Shown: piece by piece, positions 44,983 to 53,642 of the stretch
Position numbering within the stretch: position 1 is the stretch's first letter
Layout of the letters: the number at the start of each line of letters is the position of its first letter
Position numbers and translations under genes: made by a program
From: Holophagae bacterium
GTDB taxonomy: Bacteria > Acidobacteriota > Holophagae > Acanthopleuribacterales > Acanthopleuribacteraceae
Assembly (NCBI GenBank): GCA_029263455.1
Contig: JAJCXM010000020.1
Span: forward strand, 186,753-250,752
Reading direction: 5' to 3'
DNA length: 64,000 nucleotides
The notes under the pieces: generated by a model
The model's database searches: none
Told to the model about the DNA's origin: nothing
Seen by the model: the letters and a program-made list of their open reading frames with translations, nothing else

Positions 44983-47900
44983 TTAGAATCTTAGACCAAA
45001 GTCGATTCTGAATGAGAAGGGTGATTGGAAGGCGCTGTTTTGGGCGATGGGATCGCCTTCGAGCGGTTGGCCGAAGCCAGGTCCAAAGTTATAGTGAACG
45101 CCTTCTTGGGGCGTTTCTGTGTATAGGTTGAACGGAACTCCCGTCGCGTTGACGGTTGTATCGATCCAACCGTTATTTGGATAGACCGCAGCCGATTCGT
45201 CAAACAAGTTGAACAGGTTGATTTGTGTGAAGAACTCCACTTTCCATAGTTTAAGTGAATAGTTCACACCCAAATCTGTCTGCGTCATGTCCTCGCCATT
45301 AAATTGACCTCGTTTGCCGTCGACGAAATAGGTGGTTGTGTTTTGGTTGGTTGCATAACCTAGAGAACCACGCGCTGGTAGTCCGTAGGCCTCTTCTTGG
45401 TTGCGGAAGTTGACGGTAAATGCTGCGCTATATGCGGCACCCGATTCGTACCTTTGAGTCGCGCTGAAGTTAAAGTCACCAAAGCGAGTGCTCACGTCAT
45501 ACATGGCGAAGATACGGCCCACATGACGTTGATCACCATCGAGATAGCCAACCGGTGAGCGTGCATCAAAGTTATTGTATTCCGGATAGAATGTTACGGA
45601 TGACGCTGAAACGGCTGCTTGCCCTTCTGTTTCACCGATAAAGTTACCGATGTTTTGCGACCAAGTCCAGTTGCCAGCAAGGTTGAAGTTGTCTGCGACA
45701 CGGAACTGTGCCTGCATTTGTACAGCAGTATAGTCGCGTTGGTAGTTGGTATCATCGTTGGTTAGGACACGACGATCCGTGCCGGAAGGCGTCACACCGA
45801 ATTCTGGGCCTTGATCTTCTCTAAAGAGATGAGTGGCATAAAAATCACCGTACTCTCTGGAAATGAGATCAGCCTTAAAGAAACCTCTGTTAAAGCTAGT
45901 GCTGTAGCCAATGCGGGTCTCTTGTGCTCCGGGCGAGGTTAAGTTGGGATCTACGGTGGTAACGATATTGGCTGGATCTGGTGATAAGTTGATGCTGGTA
46001 GCAACGGCTGTCTGCCAGAAGTCATTGAGGTAAGGATCGACGGTGCTATTGGCGTCTCCGCCGTTGTTCTCGCCAATCCAGCGATAGACATCTTCGATAC
46101 TGGTGGTCGTTGAACCGTAATAGTACCAGACGGCATAACTAGGACTGCCTGCCGTTGAGGCTTGCTGACCCGCATCGTTCAAGCGCGCCACATAATTCGC
46201 ATAGCTTGCGGTAATGCGGTGTCGTCCATCGCCATGGATGTCATACTCGACGGCCAATCGAGGACTGATCTTGTCTGAATTTGCAACGGCTTTCCCGTCT
46301 TCGGCTGACGCATTACTTTTATCGTAGCGTGCGCCTAGATTAAACGAGAAGTGGTTGTTAAATGTCCAGCGGTCATTGATGAACGCTGACTGTGTGTTGA
46401 AGTCCGATCCTTGTGATTGATTCACAATTGGCCACCAGATCAACTGTGTAGGTAATGTGTTGGGACCGCCGCCGCCAAATACAGGGGTTGGTTCAAGGTC
46501 GTCAGGGCTATTCCATACGGGGAGTGTATCCCACATTTCCCAGCCTGAGGCGGATTGAGCGTTGTTGGCTTCTCTTCTATTGGTCTGGTCTTGCACACCG
46601 ACAACAATATCGTGTGAGCCAGCGTTTTCAGTGGATATAAAATAGGAACCCTTGATCATAACGGATTCGTTGTCACGATGTTCATCGTCTGGACCCTTAA
46701 GTGGTTCAGCGAAATAGCGACCTCCGCCGTTTCGGTCGCGAAGCACGGTTTCAGTGAAACGCAGGTCGGCGTTAATGTCTCCGCCTGCGCCGCCAAAGGT
46801 TGTTTTCTTTTCCGTGTAAAGCGCTTCAAGCGTCAGTGAGGGCGTTAAAATACCGCGATAGTTGATAGAGAGATGTTCTTCAGGGTTTATGGTGTCTAGA
46901 GCCGCATTTATTCCCAAAGGACCTCTTCTTGTGGAGCCCAATGACTCATCCGTTTCATCTGCATATGAAAAGACAAGTTCGTGGCCATCAAAGATTTTTC
47001 CTGTCAATTTGAGATTGATCTTGTCGTTATCTCGAGAAGACGCGATTTGGCGTACACCGGGTGCCGTCTGTCCGCCGGGAAGTCCTACGTCGGCCGCTTC
47101 TGCGTCTGTTAAGGGCACTCCGGCAATCAATTGACCGGGCTGTTGGCTACGAAAGCGGGAACCACTTATGTGGAACCAAATTCGATCTTTCATGATGGGG
47201 CCGCCAATGGAAATCGAGTCTGTGCGAACGATGTCGTCTGCATGTTTGAGCTGGTTGGCTTCTTCTAGAGGTGTTGTGCCGGTCCAGTCGTCGTTTTGCA
47301 ACGCTGATCGAAAAACACCCGAAAAGGAGTTACCGCCTGATTTCGTGATCGAGTTAACCAGACCTCCGGTGAATTGACCAAATTCTGCCGTCACTGATGC
47401 CGTAGAAACCGAGGTCTCTTGAATCGCGTCAGGGATGACGATAAAACTAGCTGCGCCGCGGACATTGTCCGACGCAATATTGCCGCCGTCGAGTAAGAAT
47501 GCGTTTTCAAACGTCTGCGCCCCTGAAATGGATACAGCTCCGTTGACACCGCTCTGGGTTGTGCCCGGTGCAAGTAGTGTACGGTCGCGTATATTTCTCA
47601 AAGTGGCGATGTTATCAACAAACTTCGGGTTGAAATTGGCGACCACATCCGTTGTATCGAGAACTGGATCGACGCTTGCCGTCACCACTAACTCCTCGGA
47701 TGTGGCTTCAGGTGCCAGGGTTAGTTTGGGTCTAGATGTTTGTCCTAAACCCAACGCAACATTCATCTTGGCAGTTTGCATGCCTGGCATTGTTGCGGTT
47801 ATGGTGTAAGCACCGGGATTGAGGAGACGAAATAGAAAATCGCCGCTCGACGTGGTCGTAGCCGATCGACTACCTTGCATGTTTTCCGACTCAATCACGA

Positions 47901-48036
47901 TCACTACGCCAGGTAGTGAATCACCGTTTGTGTCGGACACTAGGCCTTGAATGCTGGCCGTTTGTTGAGCCCAAGCCATGGATCCCATGGCCATGAACAC
48001 GAGTAGAACAAATCTACAACTCGTTTTCCGTTTCAT
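44983..48036 (-). CDS. TonB-dependent outer-membrane receptor, Oar/SusC-like, with N-terminal carboxypeptidase-regulatory-like domain
   Basis: Signal peptide 'LLVFMAMGSMAWAQQ'. CarbopepD_reg-like 'IQGLVSDTNGDSLPGVVIVIESE...SSGDFLFRLLNPGAYTITA'. About 1000 aa with beta-strand-rich Y/G/N/T composition. The C-terminus 'SFRIDFGLRF' ends in Phe, as in TonB-dependent barrels. Confidence 0.75.
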   Translation of the reverse strand: MKRKTSCRFVLLVFMAMGSMAWAQQTASIQGLVSDTNGDSLPGVVIVIESENMQGSRSATTTSSGDFLFRLLNPGAYTITATMPGMQTAKMNVALGLGQTSRPKLTLAPEATSEELVVTASVDPVLDTTDVVANFNPKFVDNIATLRNIRDRTLLAPGTTQSGVNGAVSISGAQTFENAFLLDGGNIASDNVRGAASFIVIPDAIQETSVSTASVTAEFGQFTGGLVNSITKSGGNSFSGVFRSALQNDDWTGTTPLEEANQLKHADDIVRTDSISIGGPIMKDRIWFHISGSRFRSQQPGQLIAGVPLTDAEAADVGLPGGQTAPGVRQIASSRDNDKINLKLTGKIFDGHELVFSYADETDESLGSTRRGPLGINAALDTINPEEHLSINYRGILTPSLTLEALYTEKKTTFGGAGGDINADLRFTETVLRDRNGGGRYFAEPLKGPDDEHRDNESVMIKGSYFISTENAGSHDIVVGVQDQTNRREANNAQSASGWEMWDTLPVWNSPDDLEPTPVFGGGGPNTLPTQLIWWPIVNQSQGSDFNTQSAFINDRWTFNNHFSFNLGARYDKSNASAEDGKAVANSDKISPRLAVEYDIHGDGRHRITASYANYVARLNDAGQQASTAGSPSYAVWYYYGSTTTSIEDVYRWIGENNGGDANSTVDPYLNDFWQTAVATSINLSPDPANIVTTVDPNLTSPGAQETRIGYSTSFNRGFFKADLISREYGDFYATHLFREDQGPEFGVTPSGTDRRVLTNDDTNYQRDYTAVQMQAQFRVADNFNLAGNWTWSQNIGNFIGETEGQAAVSASSVTFYPEYNNFDARSPVGYLDGDQRHVGRIFAMYDVSTRFGDFNFSATQRYESGAAYSAAFTVNFRNQEEAYGLPARGSLGYATNQNTTTYFVDGKRGQFNGEDMTQTDLGVNYSLKLWKVEFFTQINLFNLFDESAAVYPNNGWIDTTVNATGVPFNLYTETPQEGVHYNFGPGFGQPLEGDPIAQNSAFQSPFSFRIDFGLRF

Positions 48037-48860
48037 TATGGAAACTCCTTGTCATCTGCAACGAGACTGATCAATGACCGATGCAATCTCGTTACATGTA
48101 CGTCGTTGAAATAGTCGTCTGTTTTGGATAGGTGACTAAGGAGAGTCCGTAATCTGGGGCAGTAATCAACACAACGATGGTTTGGTATATCGTCGGTTTG
48201 GTTAAGATCAAGTCCTGTGCCAGATCGCATCAACAGGTCGTAAGATACTTGAAATATTATGTTTAAGTATCGTGGTGAAAATATTATGGGTGCTTTGCCG
48301 GGGTCCAGATCCAAGATCGTGAATCCAAGCTGTTGTGTCCTGCTGGGGAGCCATGTCTATGTTCTTAGGTGGATAGTTCTTGACCCTGGCGTCATCTTGA
48401 TTGCTGACGCTACTAGGTGTCTCTAAACTGTCTGATAACTAGACGGTGAGCACAATGAATCACACAAATGGCTCATCGGAACAGGTAATTGACAATAGTT
48501 GGCTGTGTCAAACATCTGTAATCGTATGATCAGACTGAGGCAGATCGTTTTGGAGTTGGCGGCACCGGAGTGCCGCCTTTCCATACTGCTCCCCTATCCA
48601 AAGGAGACTTTGAGGCGGCGTCATGAGACCAAACCAGCCGCCTCGAAAGCAAGATAGGCGACGGCAATCCGCTCATCCATTCGAATTGGATCGATTGTTT
48701 AAGAATCGAAAGTAACGTTGCTGGTACCGAGCATTTGATTATGGGGTACGGCAGGGTATTTGGCTTTTGGCCTGATTTTTTGTGGCTGTGTGCCGGGATT
48801 GATCGAATTGCGTCGATTCGAAGTAATGAATGGTGTTTCCAGACTAATTCAATGACATTT

Positions 48861-49403
48861 TCACTTCCACTTGATGCCCATGCTCAACATGTGAAAGTTT
48901 ATGCCCGGATTTGGTGCGCCAATACCTCCGTTCGAGAAGTGCTGGAACTGGTAGGAAAAAGTGTATTGCACGCGTTTGCCGATAGAAGCGCCGATTCCGA
49001 TATGGTCGCCAAACTGGAAATTGGTTGAAAAATATTTAGCGCCCACATCTCGTTCGGTCAGGTAATGGGCCCCAATTCCAAATTCCATGAAGGGTTCAAT
49101 CGATTTGAAGACTCGCTTGGGGGTGAGTTTGACAACTGGCGTCGCGCCCAGATCGCGCAGTTGGCCCGCCCGTGACTCAATATTGGGATTGTCAAAGGTG
49201 GCATAGTTAAGCGCCCAACTGGCTTCCATTGACATGTGTTCAAATTCGCGTTGGTACACCTGCCAGTGCAGCGCAAGTCTAAAGTTCCGTGTATCTTCGC
49301 CGTACCCAGCCACGATTTCCAATGCGTCGATATGTGTCAATTCAGCAAAGGAGTAGGTATGGTCCTGTTGTAATTGCATGATCCAAGTAAAAAGCAAAAT
49401 CAC
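48861..49403 (-). CDS. PagL-like lipid A 3-O-deacylase / outer-membrane acyloxyacyl hydrolase family beta-barrel
   Basis: The C-terminal 'HFSNGGIGAPNPGINFHMLSMGIKWK' matches the PagL-family active-site region (H..SN..........N). The body is aromatic-rich. The track start is a GTG and has no obvious signal peptide, so the true start is uncertain. Confidence 0.5.
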   Translation of the reverse strand: MILLFTWIMQLQQDHTYSFAELTHIDALEIVAGYGEDTRNFRLALHWQVYQREFEHMSMEASWALNYATFDNPNIESRAGQLRDLGATPVVKLTPKRVFKSIEPFMEFGIGAHYLTERDVGAKYFSTNFQFGDHIGIGASIGKRVQYTFSYQFQHFSNGGIGAPNPGINFHMLSMGIKWK

Positions 49404-49476
49404 GATCCACCTCGGTTGAAAGTAGACCGGTCGATTAGTAATAAGCTATATTGAAATAGCTAGCGTTGCAGGCATG

Positions 49477-50055
49477 TCAGGCCAACAGCTGACTGAAGGT
49501 GATGTCCATGAACTGCTCAAGTGGCTTGCTTGTATGGGTTACCTTCATGCGCATAAGCGCGCCTTGCCAGCCATTGATCAAGTAATCGGCCATGTCAGAA
49601 GCAGAACTGGTGGTTTTCAGGTCACCCTTGGTCTGCGCTTCTTCAAGGTTGCTGCGAAATAGTTCGCGCTGTTGCGACCACTTTCTCGCCAAGAGTTGCG
49701 CAAAACGAGGGCTCTGATCCGCCATTTCCTGACTAAGATTACCGATCAAACAGCCGCCGGTACAACCGCCTTCTTGACACATAAGTATCACTTGTTCGAA
49801 GAATTGGCGCATACGCTGCAGGGGTGGCACGTCATCCTGTAAGAGAATCTGTTCCGCCATCTGCTGGTTCATTTGCGCATAATGTTCTAGAACCTGCTCG
49901 CCGAAGTCTTCTTTAGAAGTGAAAAAGTGGTAGAAGGAGCCTTTGGGCACATCAGCTCTAGCGAGGACTTCTTGTAAGCCCGTGTGGTTGAATCCTTTTT
50001 CGCGCATGATGTCGAGACCGGATTCAATGAGTTTGCTTTTGGTGACGTGTTGCAT
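49477..50055 (-). CDS. TetR/AcrR-family transcriptional regulator
   Basis: N-terminal HTH 'KGFNHTGLQEVLARADVPKGSFYHFFTSKEDF' is the TetR signature. 192 aa. Confidence 0.8.
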   Translation of the reverse strand: MQHVTKSKLIESGLDIMREKGFNHTGLQEVLARADVPKGSFYHFFTSKEDFGEQVLEHYAQMNQQMAEQILLQDDVPPLQRMRQFFEQVILMCQEGGCTGGCLIGNLSQEMADQSPRFAQLLARKWSQQRELFRSNLEEAQTKGDLKTTSSASDMADYLINGWQGALMRMKVTHTSKPLEQFMDITFSQLLA

Positions 50056-50180
50056 ACTAAACCGACTGGTCTATTAAATCAGAATGACATTAAAGATGTC
50101 AATGCCATTTCTGGTTTCAATTCCTACGCTTATAGCTCAGTGAAAGTTGCGCCTTAGCTAAGATTTTTCGCCAACAGCTT

Positions 50181-51149
50181 TCATCCGTTCAGGAATCCTT
50201 CAGATTCGAATTCCCATTTCAAGATGTCTTGGGTGTTGTATTCTGGTCGTAGATGATGATCTGCAGAATGGGAAGCCGTCATATCCACCAACATCTCGTG
50301 GAATGCATGATCCTCGAAAAGGTGACTCAATGCTTCTGCAAGGGCGATGGCTGAGTCAAATCGTGCCATGGGATTTTCATTTAACGCTTTACTCATAATC
50401 TGTTGGAAATGCTCGGTTACGGCTGAGATTGCGGGTTTATTGAGTGTTCGCCAAGGTACGGACGCCGGGTAGGGCGAATGACCGGTGATCAATTCGTGGG
50501 CAATGACGCCAAATGAAAAGATATCTGCGCGAAAGTCCAACTTTTGTTTGGTGAACAGTTCAGGAGCAATATATCCTGGTGTGCCATAGGCTCCCTCGCG
50601 TATGACGGCTTTGGGTGGCCTGCGTGGTGTTTGACCAAATGGAACGTAGGTCGCTTCGGTTTTGGCGATACCAAAGTCCAGGATTTTGACTAGCATTTGA
50701 CCCTTCTGGTCGCGTGTAAGGATGATGTTTTGGGGGTTTAAATCACCATGTGAGACACCTAGTTGATGGACATAACTTAAGCCATCGCCAATTTGCTCTA
50801 AGATGCGGGCAGTGGCACCAAGTTCGAAACGAATACCTGTGCTTATCGCTTTGGAAAGTGCTTTACCTTCAACATATTCCATGACGATATAGGGATTTGG
50901 ATGGCTCTTGACTTCAAAAGGGATGACCAGATTAGGGTGAATCAGGTTTTGGTAAATAAGCATTTCGCGATTGAAGTGCTCACGAAAAGAATCGGTTGCT
51001 TCGTAATGCTTCAAGCATTTGATTGCGACCTTGCGATGCGAGCGGTCGCGCGCTAAATAGACGATGCCCATCGCACCTTCGCCGATGATGTGGTCGACGC
51101 GATATTCTCCTATATGTTTGGGCACGGAATCATTCATGGCTTGTGTCAT
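50181..51149 (-). CDS. Serine/threonine protein kinase (Hanks-type, atypical catalytic loop)
   Basis: 'IGEGAMGIVYLA', 'VAIK', 'SHGDLNPQNIIL' (a variant of HRDLKPxN), 'DFGIAK', 'GTPGYIAPE'. Confidence 0.75.
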   Translation of the reverse strand: MTQAMNDSVPKHIGEYRVDHIIGEGAMGIVYLARDRSHRKVAIKCLKHYEATDSFREHFNREMLIYQNLIHPNLVIPFEVKSHPNPYIVMEYVEGKALSKAISTGIRFELGATARILEQIGDGLSYVHQLGVSHGDLNPQNIILTRDQKGQMLVKILDFGIAKTEATYVPFGQTPRRPPKAVIREGAYGTPGYIAPELFTKQKLDFRADIFSFGVIAHELITGHSPYPASVPWRTLNKPAISAVTEHFQQIMSKALNENPMARFDSAIALAEALSHLFEDHAFHEMLVDMTASHSADHHLRPEYNTQDILKWEFESEGFLNG

Positions 51150-51319
51150 TCAATATATGCCCTAAGCGCTCGACATCCAACCTAAACCACGAAATTATTT
51201 GCCGAGCCCCTTGATTGGATGTTTGTTGCCATACTTCAAAGCCATTGTCAGGCCCAAAACACTCGTTACCTCACCTAACATGAAAGTTCATGGTTTAGAC
51301 ATCCGGACTAAGCCACGTT

Positions 51320-51724
51320 TCAGTGCCAAGCGCCGAGGATGGCTCCCATGATCGTGAAAGCGACGACTTGGTAGCCCGCGTTGATGAAAAATAGTTTGAG
51401 TGATCGTCTTTCAAATAGGTAAATGGTCGCAATGGCCATCGATACCCAACCTATACCTGTTAATGCGCCCGCTGTTGCACCCCATACCAAGTCGGCTTCG
51501 CTGCCAAGGAACGCGGCCAAATTAAAAGACATGATCAGAGCCGCCACGAAAGCGCCGCCGAATATGACGCCGGCATTGCCCTTCTTAAGCTGATCTTCGG
51601 TGAATCCGTTTTCCTTCATCCATGCATTGGCAAACATAATTGGTGAATACCAGATACCTCCAATCAAAAAAGTGGAAAGTGCACCTACTGCAATGGCGAG
51701 ATAATTAAGTTGACTTAAATCCAT
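51320..51724 (-). CDS. Small multi-TM membrane protein (DUF1761-like)
   Basis: 134 aa with four hydrophobic helices. 'LIGGIWYSPIMFANAW' fits the DUF1761 pattern. Confidence 0.45.
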   Translation of the reverse strand: MDLSQLNYLAIAVGALSTFLIGGIWYSPIMFANAWMKENGFTEDQLKKGNAGVIFGGAFVAALIMSFNLAAFLGSEADLVWGATAGALTGIGWVSMAIATIYLFERRSLKLFFINAGYQVVAFTIMGAILGAWH

Positions 51725-51785
51725 GATCTTCTCCTAGTTTGGAATCAGTTGTGTATATAGACTAATAGAGGTAGGTCGTATTGCC

Positions 51786-52874
51786 ATGAACATGTTGCTG
51801 AACTCGCCTATGGGGCGACCGAAATCGTCGTTAGAGGTCATGAACTCGCCAGGCGAAGTGCATCTCAACGATTTTTGGATCAGATTCTTGATGATTCCGT
51901 CATTTGGAATCTTCATCCCTCATGCTACCGGCCTCTTTCGCGGCACGAATCGATTCAGTATTGATCATGCATTTGGTTATCTGCTGTTTGTCTCTCTTGC
52001 GTTCCTTATTTGGCATGGTAATAGGTGGTTTCTAATCAAGCAGCGAACTCATTACGACTGGTTCCATCACCCCATTCGCAAGTTGGTGCTCCTGGTCTTT
52101 GCCAACGTCTTCTTCACGGTTCCCATCACAGTCCTTGTATTGTGGAATTGGTACTATTTCGTTGCTATGCCCAGCGATTGGAACGTGATTCGTATCGTGT
52201 GTCTGGTCAATGTCATTTGTGTCCTTTTCATCACCCATGTCTATGAAACGATCTATTTGATCCGACAACGTGAAGAAGACCAGTTACGACTTGAAAAGAC
52301 GCATCGCGCGCGTGCTGAAGCCGAACTGGAGGCACTCAAACAGCAATTGGACCCACACTTTATATTCAATAGTTTGAACACGTTGTCGCAGCTCATTGAG
52401 GAGCAATCGGAGCAGGCAGGCATCTTCACGGAGCATTTGGGAGATGTGTATCGCTATATTTTGGCCAGTAAAGATCGGGCCCTGGTTCCACTTAAGGACG
52501 AAGTCCACTTTGTGCGGTCATATCTATGCCTATTACAACTTAGATTTGGTTCCGCTATTGATATTCGATGGCCGGATCTTGAAGCTCAAAACACGTTAAT
52601 CCCACCAATGTCTCTGCAAATACTGATTGAGAATGCAGTCAAGCACAACCAACTTTCTGCCGATCGGCCACTAAAAATTGACTGTGACATTGTTGAATCA
52701 AGCATCATTGTTAGTCATCAACGAAGACCGCGCCGGAAGACACAGCCTGGAACTGGAACGGGGTTACGAAATTTAAGTGAACGTTTCCTACTGATTACGC
52801 AATCGTCAATAAGGATAGAACCAGACACTGATTACTTTCGGGTAGCTCTGCCCTTGGTTCAGATGCCAACATGA
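51786..52874 (+). CDS. LytS/YehU-type sensor histidine kinase
   Basis: The His_kinase internal region 'LKQQLDPHFIFNSLNTLSQLIEE' is the signature of LytS-family histidine kinases. It follows TM helices. The C-terminal HATPase region is short or degenerate. Overlaps the downstream LytTR response regulator gene by 4 nt. Confidence 0.65.
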   Translation: MNMLLNSPMGRPKSSLEVMNSPGEVHLNDFWIRFLMIPSFGIFIPHATGLFRGTNRFSIDHAFGYLLFVSLAFLIWHGNRWFLIKQRTHYDWFHHPIRKLVLLVFANVFFTVPITVLVLWNWYYFVAMPSDWNVIRIVCLVNVICVLFITHVYETIYLIRQREEDQLRLEKTHRARAEAELEALKQQLDPHFIFNSLNTLSQLIEEQSEQAGIFTEHLGDVYRYILASKDRALVPLKDEVHFVRSYLCLLQLRFGSAIDIRWPDLEAQNTLIPPMSLQILIENAVKHNQLSADRPLKIDCDIVESSIIVSHQRRPRRKTQPGTGTGLRNLSERFLLITQSSIRIEPDTDYFRVALPLVQMPT

Positions 52875-53614
52875 AAGTTTTAATCGTTGAGGACGAGTTA
52901 CCGGCCGCTCGTCGTTTGATTAGCATCCTAAAAAAGCATGTTGCCGCAGTGGAAGTTGTGGCTCAATTGGGTAGCGTGCAAGAAACCGTGAGTTGGTTTG
53001 AAATGCGGCCGGAAGTTGACCTCATCTTTTTGGACATCCAATTGAGTGATGGCCAGTCGTTTGATATTTTCAAACACGTTGAACCTGAGTGCCCGGTTGT
53101 CTTTACAACCGCTTATGATCGATACATGTTGGATGCCTTCCAATACAATGGCATCGATTACCTACTAAAACCCATAAAAGAACAAGACGTATTGGCGGCC
53201 CTAAAAAAGTACCGCCGGCTAAAGGGTCATTTCTTCTCGTCCTGGAAGGAATTACTGGATCAACGAGTAGTTCAAAAGCGAACGCGTGTGGTGGTCCGTG
53301 TTGCCGGTGGCTTTCAGACAATTGCAGTCCGTCAAATCGCTTATATCTTTAGTGAACACAGAATGTCATTTGTGACCACGTTTCAAGGTGCCAAATATAT
53401 GGCCGACCAAAATCTCAAAGAACTTGAAGCTCAGTTAGATCCAACTTTGTTTTTTCGTGTCAATCGTAAGTATCTGGTTTGTATTAACGCCATCAAACGA
53501 TTTCGACCATTCGACCGTGGCCGGCTACTGGTTGAATTGGAGCCAGAGACACAAGACGAGCTACTGATCTCACAAGAGCGAGCACTTGCTTTCAAGTCCT
53601 GGGTTAGTCAATAG
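52871..53614 (+). CDS. LytTR-family response regulator
   Basis: Receiver domain 'MKVLIVEDELPAARRL...VDLIFLDIQLSDG...TTAYDRY'. C-terminal LytTR DNA-binding region ('IAVRQIAYIFSEHRMSFV...FFRVNRKYLVCINAIK'). Confidence 0.8.
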   Translation: MKVLIVEDELPAARRLISILKKHVAAVEVVAQLGSVQETVSWFEMRPEVDLIFLDIQLSDGQSFDIFKHVEPECPVVFTTAYDRYMLDAFQYNGIDYLLKPIKEQDVLAALKKYRRLKGHFFSSWKELLDQRVVQKRTRVVVRVAGGFQTIAVRQIAYIFSEHRMSFVTTFQGAKYMADQNLKELEAQLDPTLFFRVNRKYLVCINAIKRFRPFDRGRLLVELEPETQDELLISQERALAFKSWVSQ

Positions 53615-53642
53615 GACTCGGCCATTCAACGGTCAAGCTGAA

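Noticed and set aside
48036-48314. 92-aa minus-strand ORF abutting the TonB-dependent receptor start
   Set aside because: No signal peptide, motif or RBS. It is probably a chance ORF within the receptor's leader region.
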